From Amoebophrya sp. A120 (Eukaryota; Protista; Dinoflagellata): a stretch of 64,000 nt of DNA. A program made the translations under genes and the position numbers. Positions 37,076 to 49,300 of this stretch are shown in pieces. Each line of letters starts with the position of its first letter. Within the stretch, counting starts at the first letter, position 1. The notes below the pieces were generated by a model, which saw only the letters and a program-made list of their open reading frames with translations, did not search any database and was not told the DNA's origin. The stretch is from contig CAJINV010000005.1 of the NCBI GenBank assembly GCA_905178155.1, forward strand, positions 3,823,556 through 3,887,555, given 5' to 3'.

Positions 37076-40000
37076 ATGAAGACGCCGCCGGTCGTGCTGC
37101 CTGCGGACGTGCTACCTACGGAACAAACGGAGTCCGCAGAGATTTCTTTTGCGTTTCGCAAGCAGAACAGCGCCCGGTTTCTCGAGCGGTTCGCGCGGCT
37201 GTCTGAAAGTAATGGATGGGATATCTTTGCGGGTAGCGTCGAGGTTGACGCGAACGATACGGCTACTGGAGAATTCTTTTTACAGCGAAAGGCCGATTAT
37301 GTGAATAAATCGCAGGAACAACTTCGATTGGGTGAACAACCTATCCCCAACGCAGACGAAAAAATCGCCGTTTGCCAAAGAGATGTCGAGTGGGTGTCGG
37401 CACTGTTTCCAGCAGACCCAAATGCAGCGTGCAGTGCTAGTAGGAGCGTGCCAGTCCTCCGTGAAGAGGTTAACCAGGACGAACCGAGCCTGGGGGAACA
37501 TGGCACGTGGACGAAAATGGAAGAAAAGCCTGAAGTGGACACGGACCTGATTGCGGTGCAGAGCATGAAGCGTGTCAAAGATGATCCGCCGCAGTGGAGC
37601 ATTGAAGTGCGGAGTCTCAACCAGGCCGGTCTGCTGGCCCATGTGTCCTCGATCATTAGCAACGCCGGCTTTGACATTCGGCGGGGGGTGTTTTCGAATG
37701 CGCGAGAGTCGGCTGTAGTTTCGTTTTTGTTCACCATCCAGCGCGACGAGCCCGGCAAAGGAGCCGACCCAGGAGGAGCCGTGACTTGGCACGTCGCCCA
37801 GAAGCCGAAAAAAAGCAGTCTGCAGGATATCGAGTTCAGCTTTCCGGCCTGCCGCAGCGTCTCCTCGGAAGCGCAGCCACTCCTGAGTGAGCGGGAGGGG
37901 AAGGTCTTTCAGATGAACACGTCACCCATCCCGGCGACAGAGTCAATTTGCGAGGCGGGTCGTGATCGAAGTTGTACTACTTCATCTGTTTTAATTGCAG
38001 AGAAAAACTATTCCGACACGACGATGAGAAGCAGTACGACTGCTGCGTCTAGCCGCGAGCTTTTGCCGCCCGCTTCTTGCGATGAGGTGGCAACCACGGC
38101 GGCAAGCAGCTTCTCTCGAGAGGAGGACCGGTTTCCACTGTCCGCCATTCTGCCCGCACGGCAGTCTGTCAGCTGCACGTCGGGGGGCGCTGCGCTCGGG
38201 AGCGGGAGCGTCGAGCCAGCCTCTGACCACGATTTTCCCGGTCTTGATGTGCTGGGCTATGATACTAGCAGTCAAGAGCAAAAAGGTTCTACCGAGCTGT
38301 TGACCAAGAAACCATCAATGCATCAGTTGCGGCGGCACCAGTCGAGCTTCGTGGTTGCGCAAACGCCAAATGCTGCGGGGGCCGCACCCACGGGATCAAC
38401 ATTTGCTTCTTCCTGTCGGGGTAGAACGGACAGTGGGGACCGCGATGCCATCGCATCAGAAGAAAACCCGGTCTGCACTTCCGATTGCTTTTTCCGCATC
38501 GTGCACAACGAGCAAGTGCTGTTGCAGCACGGGCAAGAGGTCACGACGACTGGGCCCCTCGTCCAGGAGGACAGCTTAACCGGCAGCAGGGCGACTGGGT
38601 ACAATTTCCACGACGACCCGCAGGGGGAGGAGCGAAATTACGTAAAAGGTGTGCACGAAAAGGCTGAGTATCTGGTTCAGATGAATTGTTGCTCGACGGA
38701 GCTGCAGCCACGCGGTGATCCGTTCACCGAAGCGACGGCTCCACAGCGTGAAGCGAATAGCACTGGTTGCGTCACAACCTCCACTAGTCTGGTGATCGAT
38801 GGCGATAGAGAAAGGCAGCGTCAGGAGTTGTTGAACTACAACCAGAACAAGGATATAATTGATCCGCCGCTGCGGCTCTGCAAAACCAACAGCACGCCTC
38901 TGTACGATAATTATCCGGCGACCCAGGAAGTGCTGCAGCAAGAAGCCGGTGCCACCTCGCGGGCGAACAAAATGCGGACGCATTCCGACTACTGCAATGC
39001 CCGCGGAACGCCACCGCTGACGGCTGAGCAGCGCGGCAGCTCCCGATTCGATACCGTGGTGATGCGGGGTAGTTCATCTTCATCTTCCGCGTCGCCTCTG
39101 CCCCAGCCGGCCGGAGTAGCCGAGCCCGCCGGGGGGCCGGGCTGGCAACTGGGGCAGATGAGCCCGTTAGCGGAGCAGCTGTCGCGCAGCTACACCTCGC
39201 GGAGTCCGTCCGCTATGCTGGGCTCACTGAGCCGAAACTCCTCCTGGATCTGGAACAACGCCACGCCACAGTCCACCGGGTCTAGTCGGGGGGAAGAGGA
39301 CGACGCAGAATTCGACATGCGCGTCACGATCGAGGGGGTTTCCCAGGTGCTGCACTTGAGCAGCACCACCGGGATTAATAACGCGATGAATCCTACTGGT
39401 ACTATAACGGCATCTTCAACTGGGGGAGCAGGAGCTGCCGCCGCGTGCTGGGGAGGCGATTCCATATTTATCGGAGAGGGCTCTTGTCGTATGAGCCCCA
39501 AGCTGCAGGAGGATGAAGAGCGGGACGGCGAGCTGCGCATCCCGGGGATCGGGGAAACAGGACCACATGGCGTCCGGGGTTCTGTTACCTCGGTAGTTTC
39601 ACGCGACGCAGTTATTTCTCACGCGAGCTTGTTCGCCGGACACATCAGCGGAGCCTGTGTTGCTACGGTCGATGACGACGGTCCGCCTACAAGAGACGCC
39701 TTGCTCTTATTTCCAGAACTCGACGGAAGTCACGAGGCGGGGCAAGAAAGAAGTCGGAAGGCAAGTAACGGCACCAGCAGGAGTAGAGACACCCTGGTGG
39801 TTCAGAGTCTGGGCGCAACCTCGGAGGTGGAGGTGACATCAGCAGGACTTGATGGCCAAGGGTACAACGATGAGCCTCCCACACTTCGCACCGGGAGGGC
39901 TTCGCGGCTGCAGCGAGAACGAAGTGCGCCAAACTGTAATAATATATCACACGTAAAAGTTGAAGCACCAGGAAAGAAAAAGATGTCTGTGTGTTAGAGC

Positions 40001-43000
40001 TTGTAGTTTCATGAAAAAGGAGGAGCAGCTTCCGCCTGTTCAGCATGACCCACTTTTAGCTGATGATCGCTATCACTACGTATGACAAACTGCATTTGCA
40101 TGACAGGACATCTCCTGTCTCGCGGTCTCCGACCGCAATATAGCCAGCCACTGTCCCCAAGTAGGACTGAGGATTGTTGCGCTTTCAGTTGTAAATAGCA
40201 GGACTTATGAATTAGGCACAGGACGATATGAACAGCGTAAAAGTACTATTTTTGTTCTGATAGGCGGGGTGCGCTTTCGCTTTTCTGCGCGATAATATAT
40301 TCGTGGTGAACAAGAAGCGCCAGCGCAGGTGTTCGGCCGGGAGAGCGACCTTGCAGTAGAAAGGCGGAAGGCGAGCACCTCCAGCCTTCTTCGCGACGTG
40401 AGCCAGAAGGTGCGCGGCCGGGGTGATTCTTGTGTGAGCCTGGCTCAGTTGAGCGGCCCGACACGAGAGCGCGCGGCTTCTTCGAGCACGTGCTTCCGCA
40501 ACATTGCCAATTCCCGTTGCCGCCGCATTTTTCTCGCTCCGACCACGCAGAATGTGAACGAGTTGGCAGCGGCGGAACTGTACAATAACCTGGACTTCTC
40601 AGCCACATCGGGCGTAAACGCGCGCGTGTCCACCGGGCTGGCGTCCCTTGCGGTTGACCAACAAGGGGAACACGTGAGCCTGGACTTTGACGGCAGTCTG
40701 GCCTGGCGAGAAGAAATCATGCAAAAAGCCAAGCCAACAACTCCAGCTCCACAGGATCAGTTTTGCAGCTCCTCCGCGCCACTCCATCCGCTCGCGGGAA
40801 CGTGTATGGGAGTGTCAGGATTGAAATCCTCAAAGTTGAAATAATTCCTCATGCAGAAATTGCAAGGCATGAAGTGCCTCTCTTGCAGGGATTGCAAATG
40901 AGGCCGATTGTAAGCCTGTTTCGGGTTTGGAATAGAGCTCCTAAAGTAGCATGACAAAAGGCGCCTTCTGCCCCTAAACAGCATGACAAACTGGTTTTAG
41001 ACGGTGCCGAAATTTGTCATGCGCCGCTGGGAAATTGGGCGTCCAGCTGGTATCGATTTTATGCATTACAAATAATTTGTGAAAGTAAGCAAAAGGCGGC
41101 GTAAAGTTGGATGTGCCCGGGGATGATGGTGATGGCTTCGGTCCGCCTGACTCCGCGACCTGGTGGCCGAACCACGTGCGGTTCGGTGCCCTTACAGGTT
41201 GTGTAGTGGTTTCGGTCGGTTTAGCATTACAAATAATTTCAACTTTGACGATTTCAATCCTGACACTCCCATAACGTGCAGCAAAGGCGGAAGTAGCAGT
41301 AGCAGCTCCAGGGCACCGTCGTTGGGTGGAGGGTTGGAGGACCTAGGCCATGTTAGAACAGCACGAAAAGCCTCGGCGACGTCGCACCAAGTAGAGGACG
41401 AGAGGAAGCAGTCGGACCACTCCTCCTACCCTCGTTCATCTTTGCAACCTGATACTATTGCAGTCGAGGCCCGGAGTCGAGCCCCCACCACCACGCGCGT
41501 CGAGTTCCATAACGGCGATGTGTACACCGGCGAGGTGGTGAACGAGCAGCGTCACGGCGTGGGTGAGTACGAGTACGGTCCGGAAGAGAAGCAGAGGAAG
41601 AAATACGAGGGCGAGTGGCGGCAGAACCTGAAAGCGGGGCAAGGAATTTTGTACTGGCACAACGGCGACTGCTACGTGGGAAACTGGCAGCAAAACAAGC
41701 GGCATGGGTGCGGCGTATTCCTGTCTTCTTGCGGCAGCGGGCCGCAGAGCCTTCCGGCCTACAAGTACGAGGGGCAGTGGGCGGCAGACGCGCAGAATGG
41801 GCTGGGTATGGAGGAAACCCATTTCGGCACCTACTTTGGAAATTTCGTGCAGGGCCGCCGGCAGGGACTGGGGGTCGAGCGCGTGCTGTATAGTACTGGT
41901 CGGGACGAGCAGCAAGGTGGAGGAGAAAATAACCCTGGTGGTCCACGACCTCCAACGGAATTGTTAAATAATTCCGCATCAACAAGAAATAACGCACCAG
42001 CTGACAAACCCCCTCCACCGCAAGGACCGCCGAGCAGTCCAACGGGGTTTTACCTCGTGGAAGATGGGGTGCGGACACCTTGTGCACTAAACTCGCTGAC
42101 GGACCTGTTTCGGTACCTGGGCTTCGATCTGGATCACGTTCGTGAGTATCTGGACATCGAGCATGACCAAGCCCTACCGCCATACTATCTACTGGAAACC
42201 CTGCGAATTCCGAGCTCGTGCAGTAATTCTTCGATTTTATGTTGGTTCTGTATATTACCGTTTTGGTTTTATCAAGCTTGTGCTTTGTTGTACTAGATGC
42301 TTCACGTATAATGCTTATGCAACCACTTTTCCTACGCCTCTCGTCGTCCTGCGCACAGCAAACCACGTTAGATTTTTTCCACCCTTCACCTTTTCTGCAG
42401 GCACGGCCCTCCAGCGCTATCTCTTCAAGCGGGTCGTGCGTATGATGGCTGAATATCAACGCGCCGTGTCTCACTCTTTGACGATGCAGCGGGCAATTAG
42501 TGGCGAGTATCCCGTGTAAAAGCGTCCCCACCCACCAAGAGTCAAGATGGAAACTGTGCAACACAAGTCTAGAAGTTTTGGGAGTCAGCACGCGTGACAA
42601 GTCTTTTCTATCTGTAGTGTAGGCCAGGCCAACAAGGACAGCCGTGGATCACAGAGACGTCTGCTTATCGTGTTTTATAGATACAGCATTTCAAATTGTT
42701 CCCAAACGGGACTAGTGCCTCATTTCATAAAGATACAAATCTGTGTGACAAAAAGAAACAATGAATTTTCTGGTAGGAACGTTTTTCCTCAGGATAACGG
42801 GGGCGCGGCCTACCAGCCCAAGGTGCCACCAGGGATCAAGCGCATTCGGCAGGATGAAATCGAAAAGTTGGATTTTATATCCAAGGGCGGGTTCGGAGCG
42901 GTGTACAAGGGTCTTTGGAGGCGGAAAGCTGCAACCTCTCCGTACTGCCCTCCGACGGCGTTGGTACTACCTGACAAGTGTGTAGTAGAAGTTGATCACG

Positions 43001-45250
43001 ACGAAAATAAAATCGGAGGCCAGGCAAGAAGAACAAGCCCGGGAACATCAACAGTGGAAATAAACAGAACCGCTGCCGGAGGTTCATCAACATCAAGCGT
43101 GTCCGTACCGCCGAACGGCAGTCGAGCAGGTCTGAGAACTGAGTCGAGCAGAAACCACAAAAGCACGGCAGGGGAGAGCCGGTCCGATTCGCGACAGCAG
43201 TTTTCATCGCCTAAAACGGAGCAAAAGGTGGACTGCGGCAGCGGGGCCATCAGATTTGATGGAGCAGCGACTTCATCATCATCCTCCGAAACGGTTGCTT
43301 GTGCGACGTGCAGCTCCGGAATAATTGAGCGCTTTCTGACAAAGTTATCGGATCTTCGAGCTGGCGTGATGAGCAAGGCGGGAGGAGACGAGAAGCAACA
43401 TCACGATGCAGAGATGATCGGGCAGCGGCCCGGCAGCGTAGTGCAGTCGGTCACGACGACGCGACCGGTGGCGCTGAAGCAAATCATGTCCCTGGTGCCA
43501 GCGGCCGCTGGCAGAGCGAGGGAGCACTACCGGCAGCAAAACAGCAAAGCCAGAGGAGCGGGCGAGTTGAGCTGGAGCAAAGTGGAAGAGGTCCGCGTCC
43601 GGAAGGAATTTTTGAAAGAAGTGACCGTGCTGCAAGCGGTCCGACACCCGAATGTGGTGGAGTTTCTGGGTGTTTGCCACCTGGCGGACAACTCGGGGGA
43701 AGATTTTTTGGTAGTGGAATACTGCCCCTTCACGCTTTTCAACGCCATTCACCGAGCGGCGGGCGGTACTAATTCGTACAGCTTCGCGCTGAATCAAGTG
43801 GACTGCTCGAGCTGCTGGGATCCGATTCTAGACCGCTACTTGAGGGCGCCGAGACATCATCATGCCCGCGGCAAAGACGGTGCTGGAATGAAGAACGTCT
43901 CTGAAGAAACGATGACCAGGAAGAAGGCGGTAAAAACATCAAGCGAAAAGCATTTCTACACCAACGACCTCCGTGCGAACAAGCGGCGCATTTTTGGCGT
44001 CGGCCAGGACGTGGCGGAAGCGTGCGTGTACCTACACTCCCAGGGAATAATTCACGCTGACTTGAAATCGCCAAACGTGCTTTTATATGCACAGGAAATT
44101 ATATCGATCTGGGCGTGGAAGAAGACAGGCCATTGTCATGCTTGTCTCAGCTGCGCAACATGACCGTGCCCGTGAGCAGTGTTATGCATGAGCAGGAAAA
44201 AAGCCTTCTGGTCCTGCCTGTCGTGCCACAGCGCCGATATCCATGCGGTGGAAATAGACGAAAGGCATAGGAGCTCAAAAACTTCTCTAACTTCGCTGCG
44301 TGGTGCAGTTTCTGCCCGTAGTTCGCAGGACGAGACTAGCATCACAACATTCGTTCCCGACCTGGGTCGATTTTTTGCGATCCATGTTTTGACGCAGGAG
44401 TTCACAGCAAAAGTGTGCGACTTCGGGCACGCGGCCATTCGAAACAATCCGCGCGCGCACCACAAGCTTGGGACGCCGCATTGGGCCGCTCCAGAAGCAC
44501 TGCGCGGAGAATGCATCGGGTATAGATATAGTTAGTACTAGTTAGTAGAGAACAAGTACTTATCTCCGCAATCTTTTCACCAAAAGATCATCCTTTGTTC
44601 TCGTTAATCTTAAGAAGGTGATAAAATTTTCACTCTACGTTCGACTATCGATAGACGCAAGATCTGCTTTTTCCGACCCAGAATCCGCATCAGTCAAGAT
44701 ACATTGTCCGTGTAGGTTCCCTTCTGACGTGTGGAGTGTCGGCGTAATTTTTTGGGAGATGTTGCATCGCAGCGTTCCTTTCCGTGGGCACAGTTTTGGA
44801 AGCGTGATCGCGGCAGTTGGGTGGGGCCGCGTTGGACCAGTGTACGATACTGGCGGCCCGGGGCGGAATCCTTCCGAGCGCATTTGTCTTGATCTCCAAA
44901 CCAAAATTCTTCTCGATGCGTGTCTCCAGGTCGTATTCTACAGAAAAGCACACTCATACTAATTTTTACCAGAACTCCTGTAGGAACAATTTTGTGCTGC
45001 TAAATTGGAGGCATCGCTGATGAAAATGACTGAGCGGAGACCACAAGAGGGGCAACAAGTTTCTTGCATGAAGAATGCAGTTTGTAGTCCGGTTGAGAAA
45101 TAACTTTTACTATGGGCGTGCTTTTCTGTAGGATTGGTCGAGGCCGCCGACCGGGCCAGCATTGACGAGCTTGCTGCGATGTTTTCCGCCGTCTTGGACG
45201 GAGGAGAATCAGAAGAGGCTTCCCCGGTCGCAGAAGCAGCTGCTCAATAG
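37076..45250 (+). CDS. Large TKL-family protein kinase with ACT-like domain and MORN repeats
   Basis: IEVRSLNQAGLLAHVSSIISNAGFDI (ACT-like); YTGEVVNEQRHGVG and YEGEWRQNLKAGQG (MORN); GGFGAVYKG, VALK, HADLKSPNVLL, DFG, GTPHWAAPE, SDVWSVG. Junction near 42200-42400 unresolved. Confidence 0.8.
39945..40294. mobile_element. Old introner
   Basis: tatcacacgtaaaag ... cttttctgcgcgata; TSD TAATA/ATATA; joins NCNN to IRGEQE. Confidence 0.7.
40805..41273. mobile_element. Long introner with ~42-bp TIR (family F, single copy here)
   Basis: tatgggagtgtcaggattgaaatc(c/g)tcaaagttgaaat(a/t)att inverted at both ends; TSD ACGTG/ACGTG; restores AGTCSKGG. Confidence 0.92.
42508..42796. mobile_element. Introner, family B
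   Basis: tatcccgtgtaaaagcg ... cgtttttcctcaggata; TSD GCGAG/ACGGG. Confidence 0.75.
44086..44386. mobile_element. Introner between kinase catalytic loop and DFG
   Basis: TSD TTTTA/TTTTG; restores SPNVLLTQEFTAKVCDFG. Confidence 0.8.
44934..45135. mobile_element. Introner in kinase subdomain XI
   Basis: tctacagaaaagcac / gtgcttttctgtagg; TSD GGTCG/GGTCG; restores CLQVEAADRASIDEL. Confidence 0.85.
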
Positions 45251-46314
45251 ATGAACGACGCAAGGAAAAAACGCTCTCCTGTAGTGTGGGGCAGGATTGT
45301 AGCAGACAAGTATCGCGAAGGTGATCAATTTTCAAGCCACTTGTGGCCGATTTTTACAGCGGCTTGCGGCTGACCGGGCCACAGAACAAATCGCATGAAA
45401 AGGAGTTTTTCAACTTGTGTGTATAGAATCTGTCTACTAGTACGACTTTTTCAACAACAATCGCTAGTGTTATATCGGAGTGGTTTTAATACCGGAGGAA
45501 TCTCGAATATTTTCAGTCAGTCTACTTTTTTGTCATGCCAAGTTAAGCGAAAAGTCCAAATGTGAAAGAATATTGCACCTACGGAGAAGATCCCATAACG
45601 CATTCATCCGCAGTGTGTCAGATTAGCGCAAGATTGATCGGAGTTAGGTACTTATTTCATAGAGGAGTTTTTTGCATAAAATCCGCATATTGTCCGGGAT
45701 CGTGGCAAGCGATTCTGAGTCCTGCTACGAACGAATGACCAAACGTAAGCGTCTTACACGAAAAAAATAAGCCGTTTGGAATGTTTTTGTACGTAAAACT
45801 TTTTTCTGCCTAGCAGAAGCACGCAGTAGCTCCTACCCAGCAGTGCGTATCCAACGAAAAAACTTCTTCACTGTGATGATGCTGCAGGTCCTCTCGCGCT
45901 TTCGTCTCCGCAGCGCGAGACCCTCACAGTGGGTCGTTGCTCCTTTTCACGAATGATTAAAGAAGAGAGCGTTGGCAGTGCCGTGGTGCAAGAAGAGTCA
46001 CGCGGTCGTTGTTGGAACGAGAGACGAGTACTTCTTACTACTTAGGCGAGAGGCATAACTACCTGAGAGCAAGTAGCCAGGGGGCACAATATCAGTAGAT
46101 TGCATCATCGTTGAGTCGGACGCGTTTTTTCAGAATTTTCCACGACGAGTTCTGTGCCGCCACTCAGCTCTGCAAAATCAAAAATCAATCTTGACCACCA
46201 TCTGCTAATACAAGAAGTGGTCTAGTTCTATCACATGTGGTCTTTGAAGATGTCAGAGAGTTTTTGAATAAATGGCAATATAGAACAAGTCCCCCTAGTA
46301 CTGTCGCATTGAAG

Positions 46315-49300
46315 ATGGGAAACTTGTGCATACGAGCGCCCGGAAGCGGCGTTGCAGGGGCGAGGACTGCAAACCCAACACCCATTGAGGTATTGCGACA
46401 GGATATCACGAGAAAAAAGTGTTACAGTGACACATTTGTTGGAGTTTCTGCATCACAAATTTTCTCTGTCTGGCACAGAAAACTTGTAATGCGAAGATCA
46501 TAAGGGAAAATACGTAGGAGACGAGGCTCGCAAGCATTTCCTGCATGACAAAAGTTGTCTGTCTTGCGGCTTCTGCAACGCAATGTAACACTTTTTTTTT
46601 GCGATACAGGAAAACACGCTGTTGCAGGAGGCGGTGAAAGACTCTCCCATCAATATTCTCCAGAAAACGTGAAGCACACCCATATAGTACCAGAAAGAAA
46701 ATAGCCAGGTGGTTTCAGAATCACAAGAAAAAAATTTTCGCTGTTCAGTATGGCAAACTTCTTGGAGTTCTTTTCTCCCAGGACTGAGTGGTACTTAGCA
46801 GCAACACCAAGAAATCGATTTTTTTCTGTTAACTTGTGGGTGTGCTTTTTCTTTTCTATGGGATAGCTAAGCAAGGCAGCAAGCAAGCGGTTGAGTGTGC
46901 TGTCGGGGGTCTGGAAGACGGCCAAGAGGATGGACGATTTAATATCCTGCGGAAAAACCGACACCGATAGTACCCTACAGTCAAGACGTGAACGTCGCGT
47001 ACACAATTTACGAAGTTCTGGCTGTTGCGCGTGACAGTGTAATGATCCGATGGTTAGCTAGTGTCAGAGGCGCATGACGAAATGGATCATCCTATGTGGG
47101 TCACTAGATAAGTTTTAGTCACAAATTTCATTCAAAACCCGTCGACGAGAAAATACCTCCGCTCATGGGCGGGCTACGCTTGAGAGAGATTCTGGACATA
47201 CACATTTACATTTGTAGATCAGTCTTGGGTTGGTACGTTTTTGCCCAGTATAGTGAACAACAAGACTGCAGCATCACGGGAGGAGCCGCCTCCGCCGGTA
47301 GTAGAGCCGCCAGGGTTTCTGATCGGTATATTCGAACGTGGCTGTAGTATGTAATACTAATGTATGATGCGCGGTATCCACGCCATGATGATAGTGATAC
47401 TCCGTAGCTTCTACTGGCTTGCAGTACTAGACATGAAAACAGATTATTGGAGAGCGCTGTCCACTGTACATCAAGAACGCTGTGGATCGTGACTTAAAAA
47501 TTCCTTCAAACTCACATCCGCAGCTACACCGCCCGGCGGGATTGCAAGCCCAGTGGCACAGTCGCCCATGCCCTCGGTGTCGGGAGATGAGGCTGTAACA
47601 CTATCCTGTGCAAAAGTATCGTACTCGAATTAATTCTAATTGCAAATACGCATGACAAACCTTCTTCCGAAGGTAAAACAGCATGACAAATTCCATTTTT
47701 CCTTCTACAAAAATTCGTCATGCAACTCCTACTAGTACGATACTTTTGCAACGCATAAACACAGGCCACGAGCAACATCGGTATAGAAGTATCCGGCTTC
47801 CCGTTTTGGGGGGTTGTGCGAGATGAAGAATATGGGTAGCTTCGTGCTCATGCAAATCATGAAGCGTTGTAGTTGTAAGTACTACCGCTCTATCTTTATG
47901 CATATCAAATGCGGTCCGTCGATGATTGTGATGAAACTACAGGGTTTGTTCGCAGCTCGGTGATATGAATCTGAGTAGAAGTCCGACGTAGCAATTTACC
48001 TATTATCGCAGGCGAACAATCGGCCTCGGCATCGGAAAAGGCTACCAGTTCAGCCGCCGCCAGGCCCGGGCACAATGACCTCGTAAATGACAGTGGCGCG
48101 GCGACGCTCTCGAACAAACCAGATGGTTCCGGAGCAATAAATGCACAATCATCATCCAGCGGGCAGCTGGAAGAAAGTGGTCATCTGTCGAGCCAGAAAG
48201 TACTCGGTGGAATTGGGGAAGAAATATCGCAACGTATCTGGTGTAAAAACGTCGGGGTCCACGACAACACGAGCTGTTCGTCAAGAAAAAAAATCCAAAA
48301 CTGAAGATAGAGAATGCTTCTCATGGCTGTGCGCATTCGAAACGTTATTTTGCTAGGTATGCATATGGGGCGGGGACGACGTTTTGACACAGGATGCAAC
48401 GGATTGAAGAGCCAAAACTGGACGACGACGACCGGAGAGCACGACCTGGGATGGAACCTACAGGGAATGACGAGGAGGGGAAAATGGTGAATGGCGTCAA
48501 AATATGAAGTCGTGCAAATATTGTGTTTTTGGAAAGGCGCAATTGCTGATGGTCTCTGTCAGGTCCAAGAATCTCTCATGCGTGAGTAGTGAGAGCGTTG
48601 AGTGAGACGGTTTCTTATGCTGAATAGATCTAGCACCTGGTGTCGTGATCCTGCTAGGCTCTGCATTCCAGACCGTCCTCTGGGCCATGCAAAAAATGCT
48701 GCGCGTCAACAGACTCTGCACTTCGCGTCACCTAGTAGACATAGTTACATTTGCATGGCATAGAAAACCACGACAACGATCACCTCCAGTATCAACTGCA
48801 AATATGTCTGGGTCTGGAAGATTGGTAGGTTTGTCATGCATGTTTTCTATGACCCACGCGGTCTGGCATGCACGGCCTAGCATGACAGATTCTGTGAGAG
48901 TTCTATCATGCCTATCCTGCACGAGAAACTGCCTCTCGATTAGGTGAAAAGTGGACAACTTATTTTGGTAATCCTGCAACACAGATTTTTACATGATTCA
49001 GATTTAGCATGACAAATTACACTCTCGCAGACCCAGACATTTTTACATTTGATATCCAGTGGCGCGGAGCAAAGCGATGGCGGGGTCGGCCAGGAGGTTT
49101 CTGCGGAACCCGGTACATCTATCAAAACGAAAAATCGCCCCTCCCCATATCGAAAACGAAGTTTGTGATGCTGTATTTGAGTACACAAATCGACTTGTAA
49201 TGCTAGGAGGCCAAGAGACGCAGCGGTGGCCTCGTTTGCAGGCAATTGGTCATGCTGCTTCCCACTTCCAGCCGCCCCCTGTCATGCTGAAGATGCAAGG

